64,000 bases of DNA from Lysobacter sp. (GCA_035759805.1 DASTUE010000058.1:7793-71792); one strand, 5' to 3'. Counted from the stretch's first letter, positions 1 through 12,943 are shown. The notes: generated from the letters alone by a model not told the origin. Numbers and translations are program-made.

Positions 1-775
1 TGTACTTGGAGGAGAACAGCTGCGGTGCGGCTTTCGGATCATCCAGCGACATCACCTGCGCCATGCCGTCGCCCAGCTTGAGCGCGGTTTCGAAGGATTC
101 GGCGAGGCGCTGCTTGAGGTCCTCGCGCGGGCGGAAACGGTCGATCACCGCCTCGATGGTGTGCTTGGCCCGCAGCGCCAGCGGCGGCACCGCGTCGATC
201 TCATGCAGCTCGCCGTCGACCCGCACGCGCACATAACCCTGTGCGCGCAGCTGCTCGAACACCTGCGCATGCTCGCCCTTGCGCTCGCGGATCACCGGCG
301 CCAGCAGCATGTAGCGCTGCTCGGCGGTGGCCGGGTCGCCGGCCAGCGCGATCACCTGGTCGACCATCTGGCTGACCGTCTGCGCTTCCAGTGGATACCC
401 GTGGTCGGGGCAGCGCGGCGTGCCCACGCGCGCATACAGCAGGCGCAGGTAGTCGTAGATTTCGGTGATCGTGCCGACCGTGGAGCGCGGGTTGTGCGAG
501 GTCGATTTCTGCTCGATCGAGATCGCCGGACTCAGCCCCTCGATATGGTCCACGTCGGGCTTTTCCATCACCGACAGGAACTGCCGCGCATAGGCCGACA
601 ACGACTCGACATAGCGGCGCTGTCCTTCTGCGTAGATGGTGTCGAACGCGAGCGAGGACTTGCCCGAACCCGACAGGCCGGTGATCACGATCAACTTGTC
701 GCGCGGCAGGTCGAGATCGATGTTCTTGAGGTTGTGCGTCCGCGCACCGCGGATGCTGATGAATTCCATCGCCAT
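1..775 (-). CDS. uvrA: Excinuclease ABC subunit A, N-terminal part (runs off the window)
   Basis: Reverse-strand translation from 775: [67 protein letters not shown]. Absent from the ORF track because it has no stop inside the window. Confidence 0.97.
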   Translation of the reverse strand, partial: MAMEFISIRGARTHNLKNIDLDLPRDKLIVITGLSGSGKSSLAFDTIYAEGQRRYVESLSAYARQFLSVMEKPDVDHIEGLSPAISIEQKSTSHNPRSTVGTITEIYDYLRLLYARVGTPRCPDHGYPLEAQTVSQMVDQVIALAGDPATAEQRYMLLAPVIRERKGEHAQVFEQLRAQGYVRVRVDGELHEIDAVPPLALRAKHTIEAVIDRFRPREDLKQRLAESFETALKLGDGMAQVMSLDDPKAAPQLFSSKY

Positions 776-1029
776 CGAAGAGCCTGCAAAAAAGGGGGAG
801 GGCCGTCGAGCTGCGGCGGCAAACAGATGAGCGTATCGAGTGCAGGAAATGGGGGCAAATCGCGGAAATGGAAGCGTGCGCGTCCCGTCGTCGGTACCCC
901 GTTCAGCCGTAGCTGTCGTGCGGCCACCCATCATCTCCACGCCGCGCGGCGATCGCCAATCACAGGAACACGGCGAAACCGGACGTCAGTGCATACGCGA
1001 AGCGGTTCGATCCCGGGAGAGATGTGCGG

Positions 1030-1053
1030 GTCGCGGCTGAAGCCGCTCCTACA
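1030..1053 (-). repeat. GTAG-family REP element
   Basis: Minus strand reads TGTAGGAGCGGCTTCAGCCGCGAC (GTAG head plus GCGGCT/AGCCGC palindrome), resembling Xanthomonadaceae REPs. Confidence 0.75.
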
Positions 1054-1075
1054 TCCGCGGACATCTTGGGAAGAG

Positions 1076-1104
1076 TTGCCGCAAGCCACTGAAGCCATTA
1101 CAAT
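1076..1104 (+). promoter_or_regulatory. Sigma70-like promoter of rplU-rpmA
   Basis: TTGCCG-N17-TACAAT upstream of rplU. Confidence 0.6.
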
Positions 1105-1167
1105 TCCGCTTCTGTCTGCCCTCGATGGCACGGCAGCGACCAAAAATAACTACAGAGGAAGACGGTC

Positions 1168-1491
1168 ATGTACGCAGTAGTAGTCACCGGCGGTAAGCAA
1201 TACCGCGTCATGCAGGGCGAGACCCTGCGCGTGGAACTGCTCGAAGCCGAAGCCGGCAGCGAGATCAAGTTCGACAACATCCTGATGCTGGGCGATGGCG
1301 AGGGCGAGACCACGCTCGGCGACGCGCTCAAGGGTGCCACCGTCAGCGCGAAGGTGATCGGCCACGGCCGTGCGGACAAGATCCGCATCATCAAGTTCCG
1401 TCGCCGCAAGCACCACCGCAAGCAGATGGGCCACCGTCAGCATTACACCGAAATCGAGATCACCGGCATTGCCGGTGGCAACAGCAAGTAA
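1168..1491 (+). CDS. rplU: 50S ribosomal protein L21
   Basis: [14 protein letters not shown]...[24 protein letters not shown]. Confidence 0.98.
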   Translation: MYAVVVTGGKQYRVMQGETLRVELLEAEAGSEIKFDNILMLGDGEGETTLGDALKGATVSAKVIGHGRADKIRIIKFRRRKHHRKQMGHRQHYTEIEITGIAGGNSK

Positions 1492-1503
1492 GGAGCAGCA
1501 GCC

Positions 1504-1761
1504 ATGGCACATAAAAAGTCCGGAGGCTCGACCCGTAACGGCCGCGACTCCAACCCGAAATACCTCGGCGTCAAGATGTATGGCGGCCAGGCGATCGACG
1601 CCGGCAACATCATCATCCGCCAGCGCGGCACCCAGTTCCATCCGGGTCCGGGCGTCGGTCTGGGTCGTGACCACACCCTGTTTGCGCTGATTGACGGCAA
1701 GGTCGAGTTCTCGACCAAGGGCCTGAAGAAGCGCCGCACCGTCAGCGTCGTCAGCGAGTGA
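1504..1761 (+). CDS. rpmA: 50S ribosomal protein L27
   Basis: [33 protein letters not shown]. Confidence 0.98.
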   Translation: MAHKKSGGSTRNGRDSNPKYLGVKMYGGQAIDAGNIIIRQRGTQFHPGPGVGLGRDHTLFALIDGKVEFSTKGLKKRRTVSVVSE

Positions 1762-1806
1762 TCGCTGCGGATCGGGCCTCGCGGCCTGATCCGGTACGCA
1801 CGTTGC

Positions 1807-1837
1807 AAAGGCCCCGCTCCGGCGGGGCTTTTCGTTT
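1807..1837 (+). terminator. Rho-independent terminator
   Basis: GCCCCGC-TCCG-GCGGGGC hairpin followed by TTTTCGTTT. Confidence 0.8.
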
Positions 1838-1861
1838 CCCGGGCACAATGCCGGGGCATGA

Positions 1862-3022
<1,161 letters not shown>

Positions 3023-3118
3023 AGCCCGACGCTCCCGGGTGTTGGCTCAAATTCGTGGCCTCGGGGTGTCCACGGGATCCGGGGGGCATTTTCCCTGCGG
3101 CGATGACCGCTCGCCGCC

Positions 3119-3194
3119 GGAGCGAGGCAAGTCGCGATCGGAAGTCGGTCCGATCAGGCCGTCGCTCCCGATTGCGACTTACGTCGCTCCTACA
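3119..3194. repeat. Inverted REP pair (REPIN-like)
   Basis: Left arm GGAGCGAGGCAAGTCGCGATCGG; right arm reverse complement TGTAGGAGCGACGTAAGTCGCAATCGGG. Confidence 0.7.
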
Positions 3195-3197
3195 ATT

Positions 3198-3242
3198 GCA
3201 GCCGCAGCCGCAGCCGCAGCCGCAGCCACAGCCACAGCCACA
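3198..3242. repeat. Hexanucleotide tandem repeat (GCAGCC)5(ACAGCC)2
   Basis: Read directly in the obgE-rpsT intergenic region. Confidence 0.9.
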
Positions 3243-3332
3243 ATCGAAGTCGCGGTCACGGTTACGGCCGCACCACGTCCACGCGCCCGGGGTCGTGGCA
3301 CTCGCATCGCTGTCGCTCATTCATCGCCCACG

Positions 3333-3360
3333 AAAAAACCCGGCCGGAGCCGGGTTTTTT
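3333..3360. terminator. Bidirectional terminator between convergent obgE and rpsT
   Basis: AAAAAACCCGGC-CGGA-GCCGGGTTTTTT. Confidence 0.88.
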
Positions 3361-3425
3361 CTGCTGTCGCACCAGCCGTTCCGGCAGCCATCGCCGAAGC
3401 GACGGCTGTCGGCGTCGCAGGACTG

Positions 3426-3695
3426 TCAGGCAGCCTTGAGCGCCTTGATGCGGGCGGTCAGGCGGCTCTTGTGGCGGGCAGCCTTGTTCTTGTGGATCAG
3501 GCCACGCGAGCTGAACCGGTCGAGGATGGGCTGGGCAACCTTGAAGGCGGCCTCGGCGCTGGCGGCGTCGTTCTCGCCGAGTGCCTTGAGCACCTTCTTC
3601 ACGGAGGTGCGCAGCATCGAGCGCTGGCTCGCGTTGCGGGCGTTGCGCACGACGGTCTGCTTGGCGCGCTTCTTGGCGGACTTGATGTTTGCCAC
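3426..3695 (-). CDS. rpsT: 30S ribosomal protein S20
   Basis: [13 protein letters not shown]...[16 protein letters not shown] start. Confidence 0.98.
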   Translation of the reverse strand: MANIKSAKKRAKQTVVRNARNASQRSMLRTSVKKVLKALGENDAASAEAAFKVAQPILDRFSSRGLIHKNKAARHKSRLTARIKALKAA

Positions 3696-3910
3696 GGCGT
3701 ATTCCTGGAAAATTGATTGGAGCTGGAAGAAGAAAATATGATACGGCGGAAAATCAGACAGGAAAGTATGGGCGATTCAGTGGCTTGCGTCAACAATGAA
3801 GCTGTCAAGTCCCCGGGTCCGGGGCCAGTCGCCGCGCACGGGTGCCGCGGTCATTCCGGGAGCCGTCCTTGAGCGCCCGCGAGCCGGGTCACGCCCGTCG
3901 CCAGGGCGGC

Positions 3911-5455
3911 ATGCTGCGCTCCACCGCCGTTTTCAGCGTGATGACCTTCGTCTCGCGCATTGCCGGCTACCTGCGCGACTGGCTGCAGGCCAGCCTGTTC
4001 GGTGCCGGTCCGGCGGTCAGTGCGTTCGTGGTCGCCTATCGGATCCCCAACTACCTGCGGCGGATCTTCGCCGAAGGCTCGTTCTCCTCCGCGTTCGTAC
4101 CGTTGTTGTCGGAGCTGAAGCAGAAGGGCGACGACGAGGCACTGCAGGACTTTCTCGACCACGTCGCCGGCGCCTTGCTGGCGGTGGTCGTGGTCGTCAG
4201 CGGACTGGGCATCCTGGCCGCGCCGTGGGTCGCGCGCTTGTTCCTGGCGTTCGCCGACCAGTCCGAATCCGAGCTGGTGCCGCTGACCGCGCAGATGCTG
4301 CGGGTTACCTTTCCGTATCTGGTATTCATCTCGATGACCGCGCTGGCCGGCTCGGTGCTCAACAGCTTCAGGCAGTTCGGCCTGCCGGCGCTGACGCCGG
4401 TGCTGCACAACCTGGCGATGATCGGCGCGATGCTGTTCCTGGCCGGGTATCTGGACGTGCCGGAGAAGGCGCTGGCCTGGGGCGTGTTGCTGGCCGGCAT
4501 CCTGCAGCTGCTGGTGCTGTGGCCGGCGATGTCCCGGCTGGGCCTGCGCACGCGGTTCAAGTTCAACCTGCGCCACGAGGGCGTGCGGCGGGTGATGAAA
4601 CTGATGCTGCCGACGATCTTCTCCTCGTCGGTATCGCAGGTGAACCTGCTGGTCGGCACCGTGTTCGCGTCGCTGCTGGTGCCTGCCGCGCAGTCGTGGC
4701 TGTACTACTCGGACCGGCTGACCGAGTTGCCGTTGGGCCTGTTCGGGGTCGCGATCGGCACAGTGATCCTGCCGCAGCTGTCGCGCCTGCATGCCGACAA
4801 GGACGGCGGCGGGTATTCCCGGTCCCTCGACTGGGGCTTGCGCATGGTGCTGCTGGTCGGTCTGCCGGCGGCATTGGGGCTTGCGCTGCTGGCCGAACCG
4901 CTGACCGCGTCGCTGTTCCGTTACGGCCGCTTCACCCCGGACGACACCCGCATGGTGGGCTACGCACTGACCGCGATGAGCATCGGCATTCCAGCCTTCA
5001 TGCTGAGCAAGGTGCTGCTGCCGGCGTTCTATTCACGCCAGGACACCCGCACGCCGATGCGCGCGGCGATCATCACCGTGGTCGCCAACGTGCTCCTGAC
5101 AATCGTCATCGTGACCCCGCTGTGGTGGCTGGACGTGCCGTTTGCGCATGCCGGGATTGCCGGCGCCACCGCGATCGCCGGCATCCTCAATGCCGCGTTG
5201 TTGTGGCGCTACCTGCGCCGCGGCGGCATCTACCAGGCGCAGCCGGGCTGGGGCCGCTGGCTGTTGCGGATCGCGCTGGGCCTGGTCGCGATGGCGGTGG
5301 TGGTGATCGCCCTGCGCGAGTGGATCGGCGACTGGTCGGTGATGACCGGCTTGTGGCGCTGGGCATGGTTGCTGGGCGTGATCGCCGCCGGCGCGGTCGC
5401 CTACGGCGTCGTCCTGATCGCCGCCGGATTGCGGCCGCGGCATTTGAGGCAGTAA
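3911..5455 (+). CDS. murJ: Lipid II flippase MurJ (MviN)
   Basis: SRIAGYLRD, RIPNYLRRIFAEGSFSSAFVP, many transmembrane helices; start could be upstream (GTG 3842). Confidence 0.95.
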   Translation: MLRSTAVFSVMTFVSRIAGYLRDWLQASLFGAGPAVSAFVVAYRIPNYLRRIFAEGSFSSAFVPLLSELKQKGDDEALQDFLDHVAGALLAVVVVVSGLGILAAPWVARLFLAFADQSESELVPLTAQMLRVTFPYLVFISMTALAGSVLNSFRQFGLPALTPVLHNLAMIGAMLFLAGYLDVPEKALAWGVLLAGILQLLVLWPAMSRLGLRTRFKFNLRHEGVRRVMKLMLPTIFSSSVSQVNLLVGTVFASLLVPAAQSWLYYSDRLTELPLGLFGVAIGTVILPQLSRLHADKDGGGYSRSLDWGLRMVLLVGLPAALGLALLAEPLTASLFRYGRFTPDDTRMVGYALTAMSIGIPAFMLSKVLLPAFYSRQDTRTPMRAAIITVVANVLLTIVIVTPLWWLDVPFAHAGIAGATAIAGILNAALLWRYLRRGGIYQAQPGWGRWLLRIALGLVAMAVVVIALREWIGDWSVMTGLWRWAWLLGVIAAGAVAYGVVLIAAGLRPRHLRQ

Positions 5456-5615
5456 GCGCCGGCGTCGACCCGGCGGCGCAATGCGCAAGCTGGTGCACCT
5501 GATCTTTGGCGTAGTGAAATCAGGACGACCGTTCGATCCCAACTACCTGCCCCAGAGTTGACGGCCAAGACGGTATCTACGGGCTGAATCGGCGGCCCGG
5601 CTATACTTCGCGACG

Positions 5616-6614
5616 ATGAGCAGGCTGTTCAGAGATATCGATGGCGAGGCCCGATGTCCACACGGGAGTGTGGTCTGTATCGGTGCGTTCGATGGCCTGC
5701 ATCTGGGGCATCAGGCGCTGGTACGTCGCGCCGTGACGCGGGCGCGCGCGCTGGGCGTGCCGGCCGTGACATTGAGCTTCGAGCCGCTGCCGCGCGAGTT
5801 GTTCGCCCGTGGCGCGCCGCCGCCACGCCTGCTGTCGCCGCGCGCGAAGGCCGAGGGCCTGTTCTGCCTTGGCATCGACCAGGTCGGGCTGCTGCGGTTC
5901 AAGGCGAAGATGGCATCGATGAGCGCGGAGGACTTCGTCCGCCAGGTGCTGGTCCGGCTGCTGGACGCGCGTGAAGTCTGGGTCGGGCCCGGATTCCAGT
6001 TCGGCAAGGGCCGTGGCGGCGATCTGGGGTTGCTGCAGCAGATGGGCGCGGAGCACGCGCAGCCTTCGGCGCAACCGGCCGGTCATCCCGACGCACACGC
6101 CCGCGGCTTCATCGCCACCGCCATCGAGCCGGTATTGCTGGATGGCGAGCGCGTCTCCAGCACACGCATCCGTGCCGCGTTGCAGGCGGGTGATTTCGCA
6201 ACGGCCACGCGCTTGTTGGGGCGGCCGTATGCCATCGGCGGGCGGGTGGTGCGTGGAGCCCAGCTGGGCCGCACGCTCGGTTTTCCGACCGCGAACCTGC
6301 GCTTCGCCGGCAAGACGCCGCCGCTGTCGGGCATCTACGCCACCCGCGTGCACGGTATCGGCGAAACGCCGTGGGCCTCGGTTTCCAGCCTCGGTACCCG
6401 ACCGACCGTGGACGGTACCGAGCCGCTGCTGGAAGCCCACCTGTTCGATTTCGACGGCGACCTGTACGGTCGGCGGATCGAGGTCGAGTTCGTCGCCAAG
6501 TTGCGCGACGAGGAAATGTTCGATGACCTGCCGGCCCTCACCGCGCAGATGCACCGCGATGCCGCCCAGGCACGCGCACTCCTGATGCAACCCCAACCGC
6601 GAGTCACTGCGTGA
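5616..6614 (+). CDS. ribF: Bifunctional riboflavin kinase/FAD synthetase
   Basis: [37 protein letters not shown]. Confidence 0.96.
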   Translation: MSRLFRDIDGEARCPHGSVVCIGAFDGLHLGHQALVRRAVTRARALGVPAVTLSFEPLPRELFARGAPPPRLLSPRAKAEGLFCLGIDQVGLLRFKAKMASMSAEDFVRQVLVRLLDAREVWVGPGFQFGKGRGGDLGLLQQMGAEHAQPSAQPAGHPDAHARGFIATAIEPVLLDGERVSSTRIRAALQAGDFATATRLLGRPYAIGGRVVRGAQLGRTLGFPTANLRFAGKTPPLSGIYATRVHGIGETPWASVSSLGTRPTVDGTEPLLEAHLFDFDGDLYGRRIEVEFVAKLRDEEMFDDLPALTAQMHRDAAQARALLMQPQPRVTA

Positions 6615-9490
6615 GCGATCCCAAAGCCCCCAATCCCTACAAGTCCACCCTGAACCTGCCATCGACGGATTTCCCGATGCGCGGCGACCTGCCCAGGCGC
6701 GAGCCGGTCACGCTCGCGCGCTGGGAGAAGGACGGCCTCTACGCCCGTATCCGCGAGAAGGTGAAGCACCGCGGGCGCAGCTTCGTGCTGCACGACGGCC
6801 CGCCGTACGCCAACGGCGTGATCCACATCGGCCACGCGGTCAACAAGGTGCTCAAGGACATGGCGGTGAAGTCGAAGCTGCTGTCCGGCTTCGACGCGCC
6901 CTACGTGCCGGGCTGGGATTGCCACGGCCTGCCGATCGAGATCGCGATCGAGAAGAAGTACGGCAAGGTCGGCGTCAAGCTGGATGCCGCCGGGTTCCGC
7001 CAGAAGTGCCGCGAATACGCCGCCGAACAGGTCGACCTGCAGCGCGCGGATTTCAAGCGCCTGGGCGTGATCGGCGACTGGGAAAATCCCTATCTGACGA
7101 TGAACCCCCGCTACGAGGCGGACATGCTGCGCGCGCTGGCGAAGATCATCGACCGCGGCCACCTGCTGCGCGGCGCCAAGCCGGTGCACTGGTGCTTCGA
7201 TTGCGGCTCGGCGCTGGCCGAGGCGGAGATCGAATACGCCGACAAGGTCTCGCCGGCGGTCGACGTGGCCTATCCGGTGACCTCGGCAAATGAGGTCGCC
7301 AGCGCGTTCGGTGTTGCCGCCGACGACGGCGTCGAGATCGCGGTGCCGATCTGGACCACCACCCCGTGGACGCTGCCGGCCAGTGTCGCGATCAGCCTGG
7401 GCGCGGACCTCGACTATGTGCTGGTCGAAGGCCCGAAGACGAAGGACGGCGGTCGCCGCTGGCTGGTGCTGGCTGAAGTGCTGGCCGCCCGCTCGCTGGC
7501 CCGCTACGGCATCGAGGAGGTCGTGATCCACGGCCACGCCAAGGGCGCGGCGCTGGAGAACCTGCTCACCCGCCACCCGTTCTACAGCGACCGCGAGATT
7601 CCGCTGCTGCTCGGCGAACACGTCTCCGACGAGGACGGCACCGGCGCCGTCCACACCGCGCCCGGCCACGGCCAGGAGGACTTCCTGGTCGCGCGCCACT
7701 ACGGCCTGCTCGACCGCTACGAAGACGGCCAGCTCACGCCGGTCGATGGTCGTGGCGTGTACCTGCCGGGAACGCCGCCGGTCGAAGGTGTGGCGCTGGA
7801 AGGCGTGCACATCTGGAAGGCGAACGACCTGATCGTCGAGGCGCTGCAGGGCAACGGCTCGCTGCTCGCACTGGCCCGCCTCAACCACAGCTACCCGCAC
7901 TGCTGGCGGCACAAGACCCCGGTCGCGTTCCGGGCCACGCCGCAATGGTTCATCTCGATGGATCAGGCCCATCTGCGCCGCGATGCGCTGGCCGCGATCG
8001 ATGAAGTGAAGTGGTTCCCCGAGTGGGGCCAGGCACGCATCGCCGGCATGGTCGAGGGCCGGCCGGACTGGGGCATCAGCCGCCAGCGCACTTGGGGCGT
8101 GCCGATCGCGCTGTTCACCCACCGCATCACCGGCGAGCTGCACCCGCGCTCGGTCGCGCTGATGAACGAGGTGGCGGCGCTGGTCGAGGTCGACGGCATC
8201 GATGCCTGGTACGCGCTGGATTCCGCCACGCTGCTGGGCGACGAGGCCGGTGACTACGAGAAGGTCACCGACATCCTGGATGTCTGGTTCGACTCCGGCG
8301 TCAGCCACGACTGCGTGCTGGCAAAGCGTCCGCAGGACGGTCTGCGCAAGCCGGCCGACCTGTACCTGGAAGGCTCCGACCAGCATCGCGGCTGGTTCCA
8401 GTCGTCGCTGCTGACCGCGGTGGCGATGGACGGCGTCGCGCCGTTCAAGCAGGTGCTGACGCACGGGTTCACGGTCGATTCGGCCGGTCGCAAGATGTCC
8501 AAGTCGGTCGGCAACGTGGTCTCGCCGCAGAAGGTCATCGACGCGATGGGCGCCGACGTGCTGCGGCTGTGGATCGCCTCCGCCGACTACAGCAACGAGA
8601 TGGCGGTGTCCGACGAGATCCTGAAACGCAGCGGCGACGGCTACCGCCGCATCCGCAACACCGCGCGGTTCCTGCTTGCCAACCTGCACGGGTTCGACCC
8701 GGCCACGGACCTGCTGCCGATCGACGGAATGGTCGAGCTGGACCGCTGGATCGTGCACCGCGCGCACGAGTTGCAGGGCCGCATCATCGCGGCCTGCGAG
8801 GACTACGACTTCCCCGAGATCGTGCAGATCCTCGCCAATTTCTGCAGCGTCGACCTGGGCTCGCTGTACCTGGATGTCACCAAGGACCGCCTGTACACGA
8901 TGCGCGAGGACTCGCCCGGCCGACGCTCGGCGCAGAGTGCGATGTATCGCATCGCCGAGGCCTTCGTGCGCTGGATCGCGCCGATCCTGAGCTTCACCGC
9001 CGAGGAAATGTGGGACCACCTGCCGCCGGTCACCGCAGACGGTCCGCGCGCCGGCAACGTGCTGTTCACGACCTGGTACGACGGCCTGGCGCCGTTGCCG
9101 GAGGACGCGCCGCTGTCGGCGGCGGACTTCAAGCGCCTGCTGGCCCTGCGCGAGCAGGTCAGCAAGGTGCTCGAACCGATGCGCGCCGAAGGCAGGATCG
9201 GCGCCGCGCTGGACGCCGAGATCGGCCTGCGCTGCGGCGTCGCCGACCAGAACTGGCTGGCACCGTTCATCGACGAACTGCGCTTCCTGTTCATCAGCGG
9301 CGACGTGCGCATGGTGGCCGACGACAAGCTGGCCGAGATGGAGGTCATCGCCGAGCCTTCGACCAAGCCCAAGTGCGGCCGCTGCTGGCACCACCGCGCC
9401 GATGTCGGTACCCACGCCGCCCATCCCACCCTGTGCGGGCGATGTGTCGACAACGTCGACGGCAACGGCGAACACCGGAAGTGGTTCTGA
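6611..9490 (+). CDS. ileS: Isoleucine-tRNA ligase
   Basis: [27 protein letters not shown]-terminal CGRCW..CGRC zinc finger. Confidence 0.98.
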   Translation: MSDPKAPNPYKSTLNLPSTDFPMRGDLPRREPVTLARWEKDGLYARIREKVKHRGRSFVLHDGPPYANGVIHIGHAVNKVLKDMAVKSKLLSGFDAPYVPGWDCHGLPIEIAIEKKYGKVGVKLDAAGFRQKCREYAAEQVDLQRADFKRLGVIGDWENPYLTMNPRYEADMLRALAKIIDRGHLLRGAKPVHWCFDCGSALAEAEIEYADKVSPAVDVAYPVTSANEVASAFGVAADDGVEIAVPIWTTTPWTLPASVAISLGADLDYVLVEGPKTKDGGRRWLVLAEVLAARSLARYGIEEVVIHGHAKGAALENLLTRHPFYSDREIPLLLGEHVSDEDGTGAVHTAPGHGQEDFLVARHYGLLDRYEDGQLTPVDGRGVYLPGTPPVEGVALEGVHIWKANDLIVEALQGNGSLLALARLNHSYPHCWRHKTPVAFRATPQWFISMDQAHLRRDALAAIDEVKWFPEWGQARIAGMVEGRPDWGISRQRTWGVPIALFTHRITGELHPRSVALMNEVAALVEVDGIDAWYALDSATLLGDEAGDYEKVTDILDVWFDSGVSHDCVLAKRPQDGLRKPADLYLEGSDQHRGWFQSSLLTAVAMDGVAPFKQVLTHGFTVDSAGRKMSKSVGNVVSPQKVIDAMGADVLRLWIASADYSNEMAVSDEILKRSGDGYRRIRNTARFLLANLHGFDPATDLLPIDGMVELDRWIVHRAHELQGRIIAACEDYDFPEIVQILANFCSVDLGSLYLDVTKDRLYTMREDSPGRRSAQSAMYRIAEAFVRWIAPILSFTAEEMWDHLPPVTADGPRAGNVLFTTWYDGLAPLPEDAPLSAADFKRLLALREQVSKVLEPMRAEGRIGAALDAEIGLRCGVADQNWLAPFIDELRFLFISGDVRMVADDKLAEMEVIAEPSTKPKCGRCWHHRADVGTHAAHPTLCGRCVDNVDGNGEHRKWF

Positions 9491-9987
9491 TGCGTCCGGT
9501 CAAACCCAATGCGCTTGTCTGGCTGGCCTTGTCGGCGCTCGTCATCGTCCTCGACCAGTGGAGCAAATACTGGGTGCTGACCGCATTGCCCGAATACACC
9601 GCCATCCCGGTCATCGAGGGCGTCTGGAACTGGTACCGCACCTACAACACCGGTGCGGCCTTCAGCTTCCTCAGCGACGCCGGCGGCTGGCAGAAGTACT
9701 TCTTCGTGGCGCTCGCGGCGGGCATCTGTGGCCTGCTCGCTTACTGGCTGACCCGGACGGCGCGCCGCGACTGGAAAACCGCGCTGCCGTATGCGCTGGT
9801 GATCGGCGGTGCGGTCGGCAATGTGGTCGACCGCCTCATCCACGGCCACGTGGTCGACTTCATCCAGTGGCACTGGCAGGACTGGTACTGGCCCGCGTTC
9901 AACATTGCCGACGCGGCCATCGTCGGCGGCGCGATCGGCATCGCCGTGTTCGGGCTGCTGGGCGGTCACGCGGACAAGAAGGCCTGA
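9490..9987 (+). CDS. lspA: Lipoprotein signal peptidase II
   Basis: DQWSK, NTGAAFS, GNVVDR, VVDF, FNIAD; ATG overlaps the ileS stop (TGATG). Confidence 0.96.
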   Translation: MRPVKPNALVWLALSALVIVLDQWSKYWVLTALPEYTAIPVIEGVWNWYRTYNTGAAFSFLSDAGGWQKYFFVALAAGICGLLAYWLTRTARRDWKTALPYALVIGGAVGNVVDRLIHGHVVDFIQWHWQDWYWPAFNIADAAIVGGAIGIAVFGLLGGHADKKA

Positions 9988-10014
9988 GGCGCGGTTACAG
10001 CGTAAAATCGCGGG

Positions 10015-10965
10015 ATGGACCTGATTCTTGCCAATCCCCGTGGTTTCTGTGCCGGCGTCGACCGTGCGATCGAGATCGTCAACCGCTCGCTGGAACTGTT
10101 CGGCGCGCCGATCTATGTGCGTCATGAAGTCGTGCACAACAAGTTCGTGGTGGACGACCTCAAGCAGCGCGGCGCGGTGTTCGTCGAGGAGCTCGATGAG
10201 GTGCCCGACGGCGCCACCGTGATTTTCAGCGCCCACGGTGTCTCCCGCGCGGTGCGCGAGGAGGCCGATCGCCGTGGCCTGAAAGTGTTCGACGCGACCT
10301 GTCCGCTGGTGACCAAGGTGCACCTGGAAGTCTCGCGTGAGTGCCGCGCCGGTCGCGACATGGTGCTGATCGGCCACGCCGGCCATCCCGAAGTCGAGGG
10401 CACGATGGGCCAGTGGCGGACGGGCGAGGCCAAGGGCCGCATCTACCTGGTCGAGAACCTGGAAGACGCCGCAACGCTGGTGGTCGATCAGCCGGAGCAT
10501 GTGTCCTACACCACCCAGACCACGCTGTCGGTGGACGATACCCGCGCGATCATCGCCGCGTTGCGCGAGCGCTTCCCGACCATCGAAGGGCCGAAGAAGG
10601 ACGACATCTGCTACGCCACCCAGAATCGCCAGGACGCCGTGCGCGAGCTCGCCAGCCGCTGCGACCTGGTGCTGGTGGTGGGCTCGGTCAACAGTTCCAA
10701 TTCCAATCGCCTGCGCGAGCTGGCCGAACGCGAAGGCGTCCAGGCCCACCTGATCGACGGCGCCGACGAGATCGACCCGGCCTGGCTGGTCGACCGCAAG
10801 CAGATCGGCATCACCGCCGGCGCTTCCGCCCCGGAAATCCTCGTGCGCGGCGTCATTGAGCGCCTGCGCGAGCTGGGTGCCGGCAACCTGGTCGACCTCA
10901 AGGGCGAGCCGGAGAACATGGTGTTTGCCCTGCCGAAGGAGCTGCGGGTCAAGGTCCTGGAGTGA
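10015..10965 (+). CDS. ispH: 4-hydroxy-3-methylbut-2-enyl diphosphate reductase
   Basis: [32 protein letters not shown]. Confidence 0.98.
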   Translation: MDLILANPRGFCAGVDRAIEIVNRSLELFGAPIYVRHEVVHNKFVVDDLKQRGAVFVEELDEVPDGATVIFSAHGVSRAVREEADRRGLKVFDATCPLVTKVHLEVSRECRAGRDMVLIGHAGHPEVEGTMGQWRTGEAKGRIYLVENLEDAATLVVDQPEHVSYTTQTTLSVDDTRAIIAALRERFPTIEGPKKDDICYATQNRQDAVRELASRCDLVLVVGSVNSSNSNRLRELAEREGVQAHLIDGADEIDPAWLVDRKQIGITAGASAPEILVRGVIERLRELGAGNLVDLKGEPENMVFALPKELRVKVLE

Positions 10966-10986
10966 CCGGCCCGGGTGCGGCCGCGA

Positions 10987-11015
10987 TTGACCGCATTGCC
11001 CGGCCCGCCTACAAT
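10987..11015 (+). promoter_or_regulatory. Sigma70 promoter of tRNA-Thr
   Basis: TTGACC-N17-TACAAT. Confidence 0.7.
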
Positions 11016-11026
11016 CCCGCCTCTTT

Positions 11027-11102
<76 letters not shown>

Positions 11103-11107
11103 GATGC

Positions 11108-11134
11108 AAAGCCTCGGCCCTGCCGGGGCTTTTT
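11108..11134 (+). terminator. Terminator after tRNA-Thr
   Basis: AAAGCCTCGGC-CCT-GCCGGGGCTTTTT. Confidence 0.75.
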
Positions 11135-11158
11135 GCGTTTTCTTCCAGGGTTATCGGG

Positions 11159-11700
11159 ATGCTTGATCTCCACTGCCACATGCTCCCCGCCATCGACGAT
11201 GGCGCCGTGGATCTCGACATGGCGCTGGACATGGCGCGCATGGCGGTGGCCGACGGCATCCGCACTATTGCGTGCACGCCGCATATCTACCCGGGCATGT
11301 ACGAGAACGACGCGTCCGGCATCCGTGCCGCGATTGCCGCGTTCCAGGCCGAGCTCGACCAGCGCGACATCAACCTGCGATTGGTCGAAGGAGCCGACGT
11401 CCACCTCGTCCCCGGTCTGCTGGACGGCCTGCGCGAGGGCAGGGTGCCGACCATCGCCGGCTCGCGCTACCTGTTGCTGGAGCCATCGCACCACGTCGCC
11501 CCGCCGCGCTTCGAGGACTCGGTGTTCGAGCTGATGGCCGCCGGCTACGTGCCGGTCATCACCCATCCCGAGCGCCTGAGCTGGGTCGAGGACCAATACG
11601 CCGTGTTCGACCGCCTCAGCCGCCGCGGCGCCTGGATGCAGGTCACCGCCGGCGCGCTCACCGGCCGCTTCGGTCGGCGGGTCAAATACTGGGGCGAGCG
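11159..11700 (+). pseudogene. CpsB/CapC-family PHP tyrosine-protein phosphatase, C-terminally truncated and fused to a galU fragment
   Basis: DLHCHMLPAIDDGA, TPH, ITHPER motifs; the C-terminal SDAH-type motif is absent; sequence switches to GalU after ...KYWGER. Confidence 0.85.
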
Positions 11701-12255
11701 TGTGCTGTGTGCCAGGCCGGTGGTGGGCGATGAGCCGTTTGCGGTGATGCTGCCCGATGACCTGATCTGGCACCGCAATGGGGATGGCGCGCTCAAGCAG
11801 ATGGCCGACCTGGCGGAACAGACCGGCAGCAGCGTGGTCGCGGTGGAGGACGTGCCGCGCGAGATGACTGGAGCTACGGCATTGTGGATGCGCCGAGCTT
11901 CGACAACCGGCATGGCCGCATCGTGTCGATGGTCGAGAAGCCAGCCCCGGACGTGGCCCCAAGTACGCTGGCGGTGGTCGGCCGCTATGTGCTGGACGGG
12001 CGGATTTTCGATGTGCTGGAGCGGCTTGCGCCCGGCAAGGGTGGCGAGATCCAGCTGGCCGACGCGATATCGCAGTTGCTGCTGGAACATCCAGTGCTGG
12101 CATACCGCTTCAAGGGCACGCGTTCCGACTGCGGCAGCCACCTGGGTTTGATCGAGGCCACGGTCCGGTTTGCGCTGGATAACGTCGCCCTGAGTGCGCC
12201 GACGGTCAAGGCGATGCAACAGGCGCTGGCCGAGATGGGCGTGGTGGAGCATTGA
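11701..12255 (+). pseudogene. galU: UTP-glucose-1-phosphate uridylyltransferase C-terminal half, frameshifted near 11870
   Basis: VLCARPVVGDEPFAVMLPDDL, then after a 1-nt shift SYGIVDA..MVEKP..VVGRYVL..GEIQLADAI..DCGS; N-terminal GxGTR motif missing. Confidence 0.88.
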
Positions 12256-12370
12256 TCGGGGCAGGAGCCGCCCGGTCTTCACGGTGGGATTTGCATGGAA
12301 ATCGAACAGGTTGCCAATGCGTGGCAGCCGGGCTGGATCAGACCAGGCTGTTCATCGGGAAAGCGCCAGT

Positions 12371-12943
12371 TCAAAGAGTGTCGATATGTGATCGCAGTGC
12401 GGCAACGGTCGTGGCCAAGCCCAGGCCCTGGTAGGTGTCCAGCAGCTCCTCGGCGGTCCTTGGAGGGTTTCTCAAGGCTCCACGAACGTCCCGGACTGCC
12501 TTGCAGAGACCCACGGGATCGAGGTCATACGCGTGTTCCAGGAATTCATCGGGGTGCTGTGCGCACAGCACCAGTGGGGCAAGCACGGCATCCGGGAAGT
12601 CCTTGAGGTTGTAGGTCACGATGGTTCCCGCGCCGCACTTGATCGCCGCCGCCAGCACATGCCGGTCGTCGGGATCAGGAAGTTCGATGGTGGATTCGAT
12701 GCCCTCGAAGCCCGTCACCAGGCAATCGGGTACCGCTCTATCCATCAACTCGCGCGTGCGCTGCAGCTGTTCCCGCTGGAGATCGGTCCGCTTGCGCAAC
12801 ACGGCCTCGATCCACTCCTCATGGATGCGGTCGGTCCAACGGGCCCGGAACAGCCCCATCACGGACAGGTGCATGAGCAGGTCGCGGACCGGTGCCGGAT
12901 ACAGGACGCAGGCGTCGAACACCGCCACAAAGCTCGAAGCCAC
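12371..12943 (-). CDS. PIN-domain protein (putative toxin)
   Basis: AVFDACVLYP, WTDRIHEEW, LPDPDDRHVLAAA, IVTYNLKDFP. Confidence 0.9.
   Translation of the reverse strand: MASSFVAVFDACVLYPAPVRDLLMHLSVMGLFRARWTDRIHEEWIEAVLRKRTDLQREQLQRTRELMDRAVPDCLVTGFEGIESTIELPDPDDRHVLAAAIKCGAGTIVTYNLKDFPDAVLAPLVLCAQHPDEFLEHAYDLDPVGLCKAVRDVRGALRNPPRTAEELLDTYQGLGLATTVAALRSHIDTL

Noticed and set aside
776..1000. LexA box upstream of uvrA
   Set aside because: No TTAG-N11-CTAA match seen.
3055..3741. 228-aa ORF with a QPQPQP tract
   Set aside because: It is made of REP, VNTR, terminator and antisense rpsT sequence.
5456..5615. Possible FMN riboswitch upstream of ribF
   Set aside because: Conserved RFN motifs are not present.
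6335..9475. Long antisense ORFs (also 26980-29922, 46075-50394, 53421-56078, 56835-59762)
   Set aside because: Shadow frames of well-supported genes, with no recognisable motifs.
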